Assembly: GCA_002737665.1 (NCBI GenBank)
Contig: NSIF01000003.1
Span: 8,334 to 72,333, forward strand
Direction of reading: 5' to 3'
DNA length: 64,000 nt
DNA from: Flavobacteriales bacterium
GTDB taxonomy: Bacteria; Bacteroidota; Bacteroidia; Palsa-965
Shown: positions 47,882 to 57,706 of the stretch, one piece after another
Numbering within the stretch: position 1 is the first letter of the stretch
Layout: each line of letters begins with the position of its first letter
The notes under the pieces: model-generated
Told to the model about the DNA's origin: nothing
Seen by the model: the letters and a program-made list of their open reading frames with translations, nothing else
The model's database searches: none
Position numbers and translations under genes: made by a program

Positions 47882-48250
47882 TTAATTGAAATCATTTTGT
47901 TTTTTTTGGACCCTATTTCCGTTTCCAAATAGACTGTTGATAAGGGATAAAATAAAGCTAAAAATTAATGCTGCCCAAAAACCTTTTACCCAAAATCCGT
48001 CAATGAAATAATCGGCCAATAAGATTATTCCAGCATTAATTACTAACAAGAATAATCCTAACGTAACTACTGTTACGGGTATGGTTAAAATTATTAAAAT
48101 AGGTTTTACAACAGTATTTAAAAAAGCAAGTACAACTGCAATTAGAATAGCCGTTGTCAAATTTTCAACATGCACCATATCTTTTGGTAGCAAGTAGGCA
48201 GTAAGGATGACTGCAGCTGTAGAAATAATAATACTAATGATAAATTTCAT
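47882..48250 (-). CDS. small 4-TM membrane protein (phage-holin-4_2-like family)
   Basis: 122 aa. ...LAFLNTVVKPILIILTIPVTVVTLGLFLLVINAGIILLADYF... Confidence 0.55.
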   Translation of the reverse strand: MKFIISIIISTAAVILTAYLLPKDMVHVENLTTAILIAVVLAFLNTVVKPILIILTIPVTVVTLGLFLLVINAGIILLADYFIDGFWVKGFWAALIFSFILSLINSLFGNGNRVQKKQNDFN

Positions 48251-48312
48251 TTTTGAAAAGCTTTGTTAAATAGTCATCGAAGCCATTCTGTTTTTGAATC
48301 AAACCTGTCTAA

Positions 48313-51300
48313 TTATTTATTGATAATAATTTTTTGAGTTTTTTTAAGTTCATTTAGTTCTAAACTTACTATGTAAATTCCATTTGATAGGGAAGTTGTA
48401 TTTAGCATAATTACATTCTTACCATTTTTGATAGTTTGTTTAGAACTGATTAATTGTTTGCCAAGCAAATCGTAAATGGTTATGATGCTGTTGCCATTTG
48501 TTCCTGACGAAATGAGGTCGAGGAATAAAATATTTTCTGCTGGATTTGGATAAACATTTAATTCAATAGTTGTTGTCGCTTGTAAATCAGGAACACTAAT
48601 ATTCGGTATTGTTAAGGCATTTAGGGAAAATTGACCCAACGAAGTAATGTTATTATTTGTACTGAACAACAGATTTGAATTATTCCCATTTAGCGTATAG
48701 GTATCAGCTGTGTCTTGAGGTGTTGCCCAAGTGTTGCCATCATTATTTGCTTGACGTTTATACAAGTAGTAATTATTGGGATTAGTAATTGGTAATGCTG
48801 GCAAACCACTAAAGGAAATACTACTAAGTGCACTGAATGTGCTATCAGTTCCGTAATTATTTACGACCCAGTATTTATTTACCATCGGAAATGGATTTGC
48901 ATTTTGATCGGGATTGTAATTTAATTTTGAAACCCAAACATCACCATTTGGATAAGTTGATCCAGGTGTTGTTGGGAAAATCATTTCTAAATCAGTTCCA
49001 ACAAAATTATTTATTCCTCCTCCAGTTATAGTTAATTTACTGCTGCTGCCTCCCGCAAATGGGCCTGTAGAAACTACTCTTGTACTACCTGAAGAAAGGG
49101 AAGCGTGTCGTACACCAACTTTATCCAAAACAATTCCATTTGGCTCATTAAATTGATAGTAGGCAATTAAGTTGCTGTCGGTTGCTGGGGTTTTAGTAAG
49201 GTGGCGTGTGGACCGTATCTCATCTTCAGTTAATGTTTTATTCCAAATAGATACCTCATCTATGAGTCCTTTGTAATAGCGCCCACCCCAACCATGGTAA
49301 TTTCCTAAACGACTTGTTGATAAATTGAAATCTAAAGTAGGTACCGCAAAGCTGAAGGCAGCGCTTTTTCCATTCAGGTACAGTCGAATTTCTGTGGGTG
49401 AAACTACCATGGCAACATGCGCCCATTCACCGGATGGGACAGTTAAGCCACTGTCCCACCACCAAGGACCACTTGGCCAATGAAATCCTAAATGGTTAGA
49501 GCCCGGTATAAAATTAAATCCAGCCGCTTGACCATCATACATAAAAATTGGCGAATAATCTGGTTGTATGCTATCCGCTTTTATCCATGCTGAAATTGTT
49601 AGCGTATTCGTATTCATTCCAAGTGGTGGAATGGAGATATAATCATTAAATCCATTTCCCTTCAATTTAGCTGCAAAACCAGGAATGGAATCAGCTACAC
49701 AGTCGTTTGTTAAAATACTAACCTGAATTGTATCCGTGCTTGTGTTTGCTCCTTGTGTTATAGTTAAAATAGCACTGTAGTTTCCCAAAGCGGGGTACAT
49801 AACTTTTGGATTTCTGATGTTGGTTGTACTTACATAGCTTGCGTTCGGAAAATTCCATTGCCATGTTGCTGATGTGTGGTTGAGCGCTGAAAAATCATCA
49901 AAATAAAAGGTGTCTCTTATACAATTTGATACTAATTTATCAACGGTTGCCTGTGCAATTGGTAATCCAACTTCATAAAAATCTATTTCCCAAATTCCTC
50001 TATTGCCTGCTGATCGTAATTTACTTTTTTTGTAATAAGGTTTTGTTGTTAGTGGTTTATATTCTAAGGGTAAATTTGAATCATACTCAATCCAATCACT
50101 CATCGTATTGTTGATGTAAAAAACTTTTGCAAAGTCTTCTGATGTAATATAAACACCTCCATCCGTACCTGCTTGGTGATTGATGACTAAATATTTATAA
50201 CCGTTGATGGTGGCAGTGGTCATGTTAGTCCATGTTACACCTCCGTCGGTACTTTTAAAAACTTTATTATTTGATGTATTACTTCTCGATGTGATCCATA
50301 AAATATCAGCATTAATAAAACTGACCGAAATGGATAATTTAGTAAGGGAAGTACCCGATGGCAAAGTCAGAATTACCCAAGAGTTACCACCATCTATTGT
50401 TTTATATAATTTAAGATTGGTAGCTAGGTACATTACAAGTGAATTACTCCTACATATTTCAAATTTTTTGACACGCTGGTGAAAATTATAAACTTGAGTA
50501 TAAGAAATTCCACCGTCTATAGATTTCCACAAACTGCTGTCTTTACCCATGTATAGATGATTAAAACAGGAAGGATAAATTTCCATTTCACTTGCATCCC
50601 AACCATATCCATCTTCATTCGGATATAAACTAAAAGTAAAATTACTTTTGCTACCATTGAATGTTTTGGGTAGAATGCTGGCCCCAATATCGGAATGTGC
50701 TACGTACATATCTCTTCCTACAAATCCAAATCCTGTTGCCGCTTCTCCACCACCAAGACGAAGTGAGTTTCCGATAGGATAGCCATCATACATTGCCGTG
50801 TTTCCATTATGATACCTTCCTCCAGTTAAAAGATCTTCATTCCAACCTTGTCCATAGCCCCAAAAATCCGCAGCGTAAATTCCTTTATTTCTTGCGGAAT
50901 GATTTGTTGTTGCAGTAAAAAAATCAGTTGAATAATTTAATCCTCCATCGGTAGATATCCAGGCATCGTTTCCAATCATTTTCATCTCTTGTATATCTGG
51001 ATGAATACCGAAACTTCCCAAGTAACCGCCAAGTGGAGTAAAAGTATTTCCACTATCCATCGATTTGTATGCTGTGGTTGATCCAACAATTACTGCTGTT
51101 GGATTGATGGAAGAAACCATAATACTCAAATCGTAATATCCTTGCCCGTTACTCATTCCCAATGGACTGCTGCTATTTCCAGTTAAACTATTTTGAATGC
51201 CAGTGCAAGTATGTGTCCAACTTGCGCCTGCGTTTGTGCTACGCATAATAACGGGAGCCCCAATTGTACTTCCCATTAAAAGTACGGCATAAATATAATT

Positions 51301-52287
51301 GGTGTCAGCTGCAGTTACAGTCATTCTACCTGCTGCAGAGGCGCCAACAATCCAACCATTATTCACCACTGAAAAATTTGAACCACCATCATAAGATTGA
51401 TAAAATCGAACTAGCGAATCGCCAACTGGTTTTCGTAAAACAAATACAGAGTTATCTCTTAATGGATTTGTTTCGATATCATATATTGTTCCTGAAAATG
51501 ATGGAATGATGTTGAATGTAAGTCCAGCGTCTATTGATTTAAACACACCATTTCCACCTGCTAAAAGAATAATATTTGGACTAGAAGGAAAAATTGCAAT
51601 ATCATTACAATTTAATCCTGTAATTGAAAAAGTGGTTGTCCAAGTAATTCCGCCATCTACTGTTTTGTAAAGATTATTTCCTGCAGATGCGTATACAATA
51701 GTTGCATTTGTAGGGTCAACAGCAATAGCGCCCATAGTTCCTAGACGATATCCATCTGATACCGAAACCCAGTTTAATCCTTTATCAATTGATTTGAAAA
51801 TACCACCAGTTTCAGGTGCTGCATATAAAATATCTGGATTTGTTGCTGCTATATCAAAGGCATATAGATTTATTTGCCATGGCATTGCGGGTTGTGCTGG
51901 ATTGTCCCATGTAGGTGCAAATGTTTCCACTGGACCTATGAGTGACCAACTTCCAATTGAGCTGGTTGAATTAGAATTTCGATTTGACGATTGTATATTC
52001 GATTCACCTAATTTAATAATGCTTCCGTCGTCTTGTTGGTTTCGCTGGTTTTCTATTACCCACCTCTTATAATATTGGGTATATGTATTTTTTTTAAATT
52101 GATTGGTTTTATAATATAGATTGTATGCTTCTTCGATTTGGTTGATGTCCGTTACGCCAGTATAAAATAAATTCATCCATTGTGGCGCATCAATTGAGGG
52201 TTCTGGTAAATATTGTGGAGTTGTTTTTTGGGACAACAAAACGGAACAACTAAATACCAAAAATAGAAGTGTAAATTTTATTTTCAT
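48313..52287 (-). CDS. T9SS-secreted BNR/Asp-box beta-propeller protein with PKD, LamG-like and CTD domains
   Basis: 1324 aa. Signal peptide. Ten SxDxGxTW-type boxes (SIDKGLNW, TVDGGITW, SIDAGLTF, SYDGGSNF, STNAGASW, SMDSGNTF, STDGGLNY, SIDGGISY, TIDGGNSW, STDGGVTW). PKD-like WQWNFPNASY...GNYSAILTI. LamG-like ...LTISAWIKADS...IRLYLNGKS...GLIDEVSIWNKTLTEDEI. Confidence 0.85.
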   Translation of the reverse strand: MKIKFTLLFLVFSCSVLLSQKTTPQYLPEPSIDAPQWMNLFYTGVTDINQIEEAYNLYYKTNQFKKNTYTQYYKRWVIENQRNQQDDGSIIKLGESNIQSSNRNSNSTSSIGSWSLIGPVETFAPTWDNPAQPAMPWQINLYAFDIAATNPDILYAAPETGGIFKSIDKGLNWVSVSDGYRLGTMGAIAVDPTNATIVYASAGNNLYKTVDGGITWTTTFSITGLNCNDIAIFPSSPNIILLAGGNGVFKSIDAGLTFNIIPSFSGTIYDIETNPLRDNSVFVLRKPVGDSLVRFYQSYDGGSNFSVVNNGWIVGASAAGRMTVTAADTNYIYAVLLMGSTIGAPVIMRSTNAGASWTHTCTGIQNSLTGNSSSPLGMSNGQGYYDLSIMVSSINPTAVIVGSTTAYKSMDSGNTFTPLGGYLGSFGIHPDIQEMKMIGNDAWISTDGGLNYSTDFFTATTNHSARNKGIYAADFWGYGQGWNEDLLTGGRYHNGNTAMYDGYPIGNSLRLGGGEAATGFGFVGRDMYVAHSDIGASILPKTFNGSKSNFTFSLYPNEDGYGWDASEMEIYPSCFNHLYMGKDSSLWKSIDGGISYTQVYNFHQRVKKFEICRSNSLVMYLATNLKLYKTIDGGNSWVILTLPSGTSLTKLSISVSFINADILWITSRSNTSNNKVFKSTDGGVTWTNMTTATINGYKYLVINHQAGTDGGVYITSEDFAKVFYINNTMSDWIEYDSNLPLEYKPLTTKPYYKKSKLRSAGNRGIWEIDFYEVGLPIAQATVDKLVSNCIRDTFYFDDFSALNHTSATWQWNFPNASYVSTTNIRNPKVMYPALGNYSAILTITQGANTSTDTIQVSILTNDCVADSIPGFAAKLKGNGFNDYISIPPLGMNTNTLTISAWIKADSIQPDYSPIFMYDGQAAGFNFIPGSNHLGFHWPSGPWWWDSGLTVPSGEWAHVAMVVSPTEIRLYLNGKSAAFSFAVPTLDFNLSTSRLGNYHGWGGRYYKGLIDEVSIWNKTLTEDEIRSTRHLTKTPATDSNLIAYYQFNEPNGIVLDKVGVRHASLSSGSTRVVSTGPFAGGSSSKLTITGGGINNFVGTDLEMIFPTTPGSTYPNGDVWVSKLNYNPDQNANPFPMVNKYWVVNNYGTDSTFSALSSISFSGLPALPITNPNNYYLYKRQANNDGNTWATPQDTADTYTLNGNNSNLLFSTNNNITSLGQFSLNALTIPNISVPDLQATTTIELNVYPNPAENILFLDLISSGTNGNSIITIYDLLGKQLISSKQTIKNGKNVIMLNTTSLSNGIYIVSLELNELKKTQKIIINK
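48316..48561 (-). other. T9SS C-terminal sorting domain
   Basis: LNVYPNPAENILFLDL...IITIYDLLGKQLISSKQ...LSNGIYIVSLELNELKKTQKIIINK. Confidence 0.85.
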
Positions 52288-52361
52288 TTGTTTAATGATT
52301 TAAATATTAATGGAATAAAATTATTTTCAAAGTTAGGGATAAACTAATTACAATTAGGTTT

Positions 52362-53936
52362 TTACTGTATGTTCTTAATTGCTTCGGCGCATCGTTGTCC
52401 GTCCATTGCAGCAGAAACAATTCCCCCCGCATAGCCAGCGCCCTCACCACAAGGAAATAAATTAACGATTTGTGGATGATGTAATTTTTCTTTGTCGCGC
52501 GGAATTCTTACAGGAGAGGATGTTCGAGATTCAATTCCTACAATCAAGGCTTCGTTGGAGAGATAACCTTTCATCTTTTTCCCAAAGGCCACAAATCCAT
52601 CGCTTAATCTTTTACCAATTGCAGCTGGAAGTAGTTCATGCAGCGGTGCTGAAATTACGCCAGGTTGATAGGAACAATCGGGTAGTTTGTTCGATAGTTT
52701 TCCGTTTACAAAATCTTGAAGTGCTTGCGCGGGTGCTACTTGAGTTTTGCCACCAGCAGTCCAAGCCATTTTTTCTAAATCTTGTTGAAATCGTAATCCT
52801 GCTAATGTCCCGAATTTTTTAAATTCGTTTAATTCCTGTGGATCAACTGCAACAACAATTCCGGAGTTTGCATACGGATTATTTCTTTTTGAAGGAGACC
52901 ATCCGTTGGTCACCACTTGCTCTGGCCCTGTTGCACAGGGGGCAATAATTCCACCTGGACACATGCAGAAAGAATAAACTCCTTTTCCATCTGATTGGTG
53001 TACTAAACTGTAAGGTGCAGCAGGTAGAAATGTTCTTTTTGCAGCAAGTTCGTCTAAACTACAGTGATATTGTAAGGAATCGATTAGGGCTTGAGGGTGT
53101 TCCACGCGAACACCAACTGCAAATGACTTAGCCTCAATTAAAATTTCTTTTCGTTCAAGCAATTCAAAAATATCACTTGCCGAATGACCTGTTGCCAATA
53201 AAATAGTAGATGCATTAAAATATTTTGATTGTCCTTCTTGTTCAGTTAGTACGGTTTTGATTTTTCCGTTTGTAATTTCAAAGTCAAGTACTTTCGTATT
53301 AAAATGAATTTCCCCTCCAGAAGCAAGAATATTTTCTCGCATTTTTATAATAATCTGTGGTAATTTATTTGTTCCTATATGTGGATGTGCATCTACTAAA
53401 ATTGTTTCGTCAGCTCCATGTGCAACAAATAATTCTAGTATGCGATTGATGTCTCCTCGTTTGCCTGATCTCGTAAATAATTTCCCATCTGAATAAGTAC
53501 CTGCACCACCTTCTCCAAAGCAATAGTTAGAATTTGGGTTTACGACATGTGATTTATGAATTGCAGCAATGTCTCGTCTGCGGTTTCGAACATCTTTCCC
53601 TCGTTCTAAAATAATTGGTTTTAATCCAAGTTCAATTAGTCGTAATGCAGCAAAAATGCCAGCAGGACCACAACCAATAATTAGAACTGAGTTTTTCTTG
53701 CTTACATCTTGAGTTTCCCATTTGTAATTTGTGGATGGCATGGGTTCATCTACAAAAACTTCTAGCTGAACGTGAATTTTAATATTTCTTCCTCTTGCAT
53801 CAATTGAGCGTTTACTTATTTTAAATCCACACAATTGTTCTTCGTAAATATTTAATTCTTCACATAATCGCATTCGCATTACTGGTACGTCAAACGCCTG
53901 TTCAGGTGTAAGCGATAGATTTAGCGTGTGTATCAT
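52362..53936 (-). CDS. NAD(P)/FAD-dependent oxidoreductase (uncharacterised FAD dehydrogenase family)
   Basis: 524 aa. VLIIGCGPAGIFAALRL, ...FGEGGAGTYSDGKL..., and C-terminal FPCGEGAGYAGGIVSAAMDG. Confidence 0.7.
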   Translation of the reverse strand: MIHTLNLSLTPEQAFDVPVMRMRLCEELNIYEEQLCGFKISKRSIDARGRNIKIHVQLEVFVDEPMPSTNYKWETQDVSKKNSVLIIGCGPAGIFAALRLIELGLKPIILERGKDVRNRRRDIAAIHKSHVVNPNSNYCFGEGGAGTYSDGKLFTRSGKRGDINRILELFVAHGADETILVDAHPHIGTNKLPQIIIKMRENILASGGEIHFNTKVLDFEITNGKIKTVLTEQEGQSKYFNASTILLATGHSASDIFELLERKEILIEAKSFAVGVRVEHPQALIDSLQYHCSLDELAAKRTFLPAAPYSLVHQSDGKGVYSFCMCPGGIIAPCATGPEQVVTNGWSPSKRNNPYANSGIVVAVDPQELNEFKKFGTLAGLRFQQDLEKMAWTAGGKTQVAPAQALQDFVNGKLSNKLPDCSYQPGVISAPLHELLPAAIGKRLSDGFVAFGKKMKGYLSNEALIVGIESRTSSPVRIPRDKEKLHHPQIVNLFPCGEGAGYAGGIVSAAMDGQRCAEAIKNIQ

Positions 53937-53942
53937 TTTGTA

Positions 53943-54677
53943 TTAGCCCTCGAAAGTGAAGGAAATTAAAAATACTTTGGAACGCAAATTATCAATAGTA
54001 GATGACAAAACACTTGGATTAGGGTCGCGAATTAGCATATTTTTTATACCCATAGATGTCTTTAGTTCAATTCCAAATTTAAAATAGGGTAGAAAAAAGT
54101 CAACACCGGCACCTGCTTCAATTGCCCAATCGTTTTTTGCTAATTTTACTACCTGAAGTGCTAGCGGAATACCTCCATTATTTACGTCTTTTTGTGAAGC
54201 TAAATCAAGTGTATACTTCCCCCCACCAAGCATATACGCAGCAAAATTTCCAAATCGTTTTGAACGTACTTTAAAATTTAGAGGGAAGTTCAAAAATGTA
54301 GATTCGACTTTTTTGATAATATCAAATGTATCAACGCCTGCAAAGTGATATTCTAAATTTCGTTGTCCGAAAGCTATGTCAGGTAGAAAACGAAGTGTAG
54401 CATATTGGTGCAAGCGCATTTCGGATACAATACCAAGATTAAATCCGGTGGAAGGCGATGAAAGAATAGTTTTGAGAGAATCACCAGCAATAGCTGACCA
54501 ATTGTTTACCGTAGTAATTGAAAAATTAGTTTTATTGATACCTAGAAAAAAACCGAAATTTAATTTATGACCATAATAATCTTCGCGGTTTTGGGATTTG
54601 TTACTACTGCTCTGTCCTGCTAGGCAGCATGTAAAAAGAGACAATAGTAGTACGAGATTAAATTTTTTAATTGACAT
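53943..54677 (-). CDS. PorT-like small outer-membrane beta-barrel protein
   Basis: ATG 54677 gives the signal peptide MSIKKFNLVLLLSLFTCCLAGQ. About 220-aa barrel ending ...VFLISFTFEG. It lies directly downstream of ubiE, a neighbourhood I recall as common for porT/sprT. The assignment is tentative. Confidence 0.45.
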   Translation of the reverse strand: MSIKKFNLVLLLSLFTCCLAGQSSSNKSQNREDYYGHKLNFGFFLGINKTNFSITTVNNWSAIAGDSLKTILSSPSTGFNLGIVSEMRLHQYATLRFLPDIAFGQRNLEYHFAGVDTFDIIKKVESTFLNFPLNFKVRSKRFGNFAAYMLGGGKYTLDLASQKDVNNGGIPLALQVVKLAKNDWAIEAGAGVDFFLPYFKFGIELKTSMGIKNMLIRDPNPSVLSSTIDNLRSKVFLISFTFEG

Positions 54678-54707
54678 TAGTCTATTGTTAACGATTGGCA
54701 TAAAAAT

Positions 54708-55454
54708 TTATTTCGATTGTAGCTCCTGTTTCTTCCCTGTGTATATTGAGGCGATGCCAAAGCTTAAAGGTTGCCAGGAGGTTTGTGAAAAACCGGTTTT
54801 TTTTAAAATTTCAACGAAGCGCTCCCCATCAGGAAATGCCATAACAGATTCAGGTAAATAGGAGTAAGCACGACTATCCTTTGAAAAAACACGTCCAATG
54901 GCTGGCGTTATATTTTTAAAATAAAAATTATAAAACTGTTTGATGGGGAATTTTTTGGGATGAGAGAATTCAAGTACTACTAATGTTCCTCCAGGCTTTA
55001 AAACGCGAAACATTCCAGCCATTCCTTTCTCTAGCGTTTCGAAATTCCGTACCCCAAATCCGACTGTAATTGCATCAAACGTATTGTCAACAAAAGAAAG
55101 ATTTTCTGAGTCTCCAGTTTTTAATTCTATGATTTGATCAAGCCCTGTTTTTTTTATTTTTTCTCGACCAATTGCCAGCATCCCTTCAGAAATATCAACA
55201 CCAATAATTTTCGTTGGACATAAAATTCTATTTGCTTCAATCGCAAAATCGCCTGTACCAGTTGCGACATCCAAAATTATTTTTGGGTTAGATGGGATTA
55301 GCAGCTGTACTGATTTTCGTCTCCATCTTTTATGAATACCTAGGGAAAGTAACTGGTTGAGAAAGTCATACTTTGGCGCAATTTTGTCGAACATTTCTGC
55401 AACTTGTTCTTTTTTGCCAATTGAGTTGGGGTAAGGTTTGACGGTGGTTGCCAT
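54708..55454 (-). CDS. ubiE: demethylmenaquinone / ubiquinone-family C-methyltransferase
   Basis: 248 aa. FDKIAPKYDFLNQLLSLGIHKRWRR, SAM motif ILDVATGTGD, and ...LKPGGTLVVLEFS. Confidence 0.9.
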   Translation of the reverse strand: MATTVKPYPNSIGKKEQVAEMFDKIAPKYDFLNQLLSLGIHKRWRRKSVQLLIPSNPKIILDVATGTGDFAIEANRILCPTKIIGVDISEGMLAIGREKIKKTGLDQIIELKTGDSENLSFVDNTFDAITVGFGVRNFETLEKGMAGMFRVLKPGGTLVVLEFSHPKKFPIKQFYNFYFKNITPAIGRVFSKDSRAYSYLPESVMAFPDGERFVEILKKTGFSQTSWQPLSFGIASIYTGKKQELQSK

Positions 55455-55559
55455 TTCTGCAAAGGTAAAAATGATTTACTGCTTTAGGCGAAATTTGTAT
55501 AAACAAATAGGATGCCTATAATCAGTTGAATAACAAAAGCATATTGACAGAAGGAGCTG

Positions 55560-57086
55560 TTATTTTATAACAGAAATCTTTACGCTTTGTGAAAAAGTAT
55601 AACCCTGCATAATGCAAATATAATTTCCAACTGCAAGGTTCAACGCTGAAGCATTTATTTCTAAAATATGCTTCCCAGCTTCTTGATTTCCATCAACAAG
55701 AATTGCAACTTCTTTTCCAAAAAGATCATATAAAACAATTTTTACAGCTGAATTTTGTTTCATGTTGTAGGAAAGTGTTGTGCTTATGTTAAATGGATTT
55801 GGAACATTTTGTTGCAGTGTAAAGTAAGGATTGTCAAGTTCTAAATTTCCTAAATTTTGTGGACAAATTCGGTAAATTAATCCTGCAGTAGTATAACCAC
55901 CTTTCATTGCGTAAACACATCCTTCGGCGCCTTGTTTTAGTGTGGTAAGTCCTCCAGCAAGATCCTGCCATGGTACGCGAGTAAGCATCGTATCATAGGC
56001 GGGTGCGTTGCCTAAAGTTAGATCATAAATTCTTCCGTAGTCATTATCTGCTACCAAAAGATGGTTGTCAAATTCGGGCATAACTTGGCTGCTGTAATAA
56101 AGTATACCTGTTAGCGATGGTAATGGTGATCCCCAAACTTCAAGTGGTAATACATCATTTTGAAGATTGCAAGGAACTGTTGTGGAACCGTTCATAAATC
56201 GTCCTTCACAGTTGGCCCAGCCATAATTAGCCCCTTTATGTATTACGTCCACCTCATCCCAAGCATTCAATCCGTTTTCTGCGACGTACATGGTGTCACT
56301 TACAGGGCTAAAACAGAAGTCGAATGGATTGCGAAGCCCATAACTCCAAATAATATCAGAGTTGCCTGTCAACGGATTTCCATCATCATAATAAGGATTA
56401 TCGGTAGGTATATTGGCTCCAATAGTCCCAACTGCATGTACATTGTAGTTTGGGTTACCAATACTTATTGGATCCTTACCAATACGAAGTACTTTACCAA
56501 ATGTTCTATTGAGTTTGTTTGCGTAATTAAGTGTTGGATTTGTTTGTTGGTAGGCAATATCCCCGATGGTGAAATAAATAAGAGCGGGCTCAGACGGGCG
56601 AAAATGCAGGTTTCCACCTACGTGATTCCCAGGAATGTTGAAAGAAGTAATATCAAAGTCAAAAATTATTTGGGGATTTGTTCCAACGTTATTCACCTCG
56701 GTAAATCGAGCAATTCTTATACGCTCACTACCATTTAGAAAATGGTTATAATAAACGTATACAAAATGATTGTTTACGAAATCGGGATCACATGTAATTC
56801 CCAGCAGCCCTCGTTCAAAATCTGAATTCACAGAGTCGGATAAATCGTAAAAATTGGAAATAAAAACCCCTGCAACAGTGAACACTTTTATTCTAGCAGA
56901 GCCTGTTGTTGCTGGAGTGGAACCATTTCCTTTTTGTGTGATAAAAATACGCCCCTCACCAGAAAAATCAAATGCAACCGGGTATTGAAGCCCTGTACAT
57001 ATATTAGTTGTTGTATAGACCTGTGCATTTATGGTTGCAGTTGTCAGCAACAATATTGTTGTTAATACAAAACGTGTGATTTTCAT
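55560..57086 (-). CDS. PQQ-dependent sugar dehydrogenase-like beta-propeller with T9SS CTD
   Basis: ATG 57086 gives the signal peptide MKITRFVLTTILLLTTATINAQ. ERGLLGITCDPDF, HVGGNLHF, IWSYGLRNPFDFCFSP, and YVAENGLNAWDEVDVIHKGANYGW. Confidence 0.75.
   Translation of the reverse strand: MKITRFVLTTILLLTTATINAQVYTTTNICTGLQYPVAFDFSGEGRIFITQKGNGSTPATTGSARIKVFTVAGVFISNFYDLSDSVNSDFERGLLGITCDPDFVNNHFVYVYYNHFLNGSERIRIARFTEVNNVGTNPQIIFDFDITSFNIPGNHVGGNLHFRPSEPALIYFTIGDIAYQQTNPTLNYANKLNRTFGKVLRIGKDPISIGNPNYNVHAVGTIGANIPTDNPYYDDGNPLTGNSDIIWSYGLRNPFDFCFSPVSDTMYVAENGLNAWDEVDVIHKGANYGWANCEGRFMNGSTTVPCNLQNDVLPLEVWGSPLPSLTGILYYSSQVMPEFDNHLLVADNDYGRIYDLTLGNAPAYDTMLTRVPWQDLAGGLTTLKQGAEGCVYAMKGGYTTAGLIYRICPQNLGNLELDNPYFTLQQNVPNPFNISTTLSYNMKQNSAVKIVLYDLFGKEVAILVDGNQEAGKHILEINASALNLAVGNYICIMQGYTFSQSVKISVIK
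55563..55823 (-). other. T9SS C-terminal sorting domain
   Basis: LQQNVPNPFNISTTLSYNM...VKIVLYDLFGKEVAILVDG...VGNYICIMQGYTFSQSVKISVIK. Confidence 0.8.
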
Positions 57087-57193
57087 ATCTATAATTTTAA
57101 TTTTAGACGAAGATAAATAAATAGTTTTGCACAACCTCTGTTTTCCTTTTGCATTTTACATAATTTAAACATTCCTTTATTTAAATTCGCAGT

Positions 57194-57706
57194 ATGAATC
57201 GTAGTAGTTCAGTGGTTTTTCTCTCTTTAGGAACAAATATTGGAATTAAATCCAATAATTTAGAGCAGGCAATTGAACAACTAAAAAAAATACCCCAAAC
57301 AATCGTTTTGCAAGTTTCAAAATTTTATAAAACTGCCGCTTGGGGTAAAACAGACCAACCCGATTTTTTGAATGCTGTTCTTTCAATTCAAACTTTTTTA
57401 GACCCTGAAGTTTTGTTAACTAAGTTTGTTGCCATAGAATTAAATATGGGTCGAGTTAGATCAGTTCATTGGGGACCGCGACTAATTGATATAGATATTT
57501 TGTTTTATGGGAATCTTATTTTCAAAAGTGAGTTACTTACTATTCCTCATCCAGAATTGCAAAATCGCAAGTTTGTACTTGTACCTTTGAATGAAATTGC
57601 CCCCCAGCTTATGCATCCTGTTTTGAAAAAAACCATTGCTCAATTAATTAATAGTTGTTCCGATCAATTAGAAATAGTAGATCAAAATAAATTGATACAA
57701 GAATGA
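57194..57706 (+). CDS. folK: 2-amino-4-hydroxy-6-hydroxymethyldihydropteridine diphosphokinase
   Basis: 170 aa. VFLSLGTNIG, FLNAVLSIQT, WGPRLIDIDILFYG, and LTIPHPELQNRKFVLVPLNEIAP. Confidence 0.9.
   Translation: MNRSSSVVFLSLGTNIGIKSNNLEQAIEQLKKIPQTIVLQVSKFYKTAAWGKTDQPDFLNAVLSIQTFLDPEVLLTKFVAIELNMGRVRSVHWGPRLIDIDILFYGNLIFKSELLTIPHPELQNRKFVLVPLNEIAPQLMHPVLKKTIAQLINSCSDQLEIVDQNKLIQE

Noticed and set aside
46479-48250. dGTPase next to a phage-holin-family gene as an anti-phage dNTP-depletion system or prophage remnant.
   Set aside because: The dGTPase has the size and motifs of the housekeeping Dgt found throughout Bacteroidota. The holin-family name comes from a widespread 4-TM chromosomal family. 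No other phage, integrase or defence genes flank them, and the two genes are separated by their own intergenic region.
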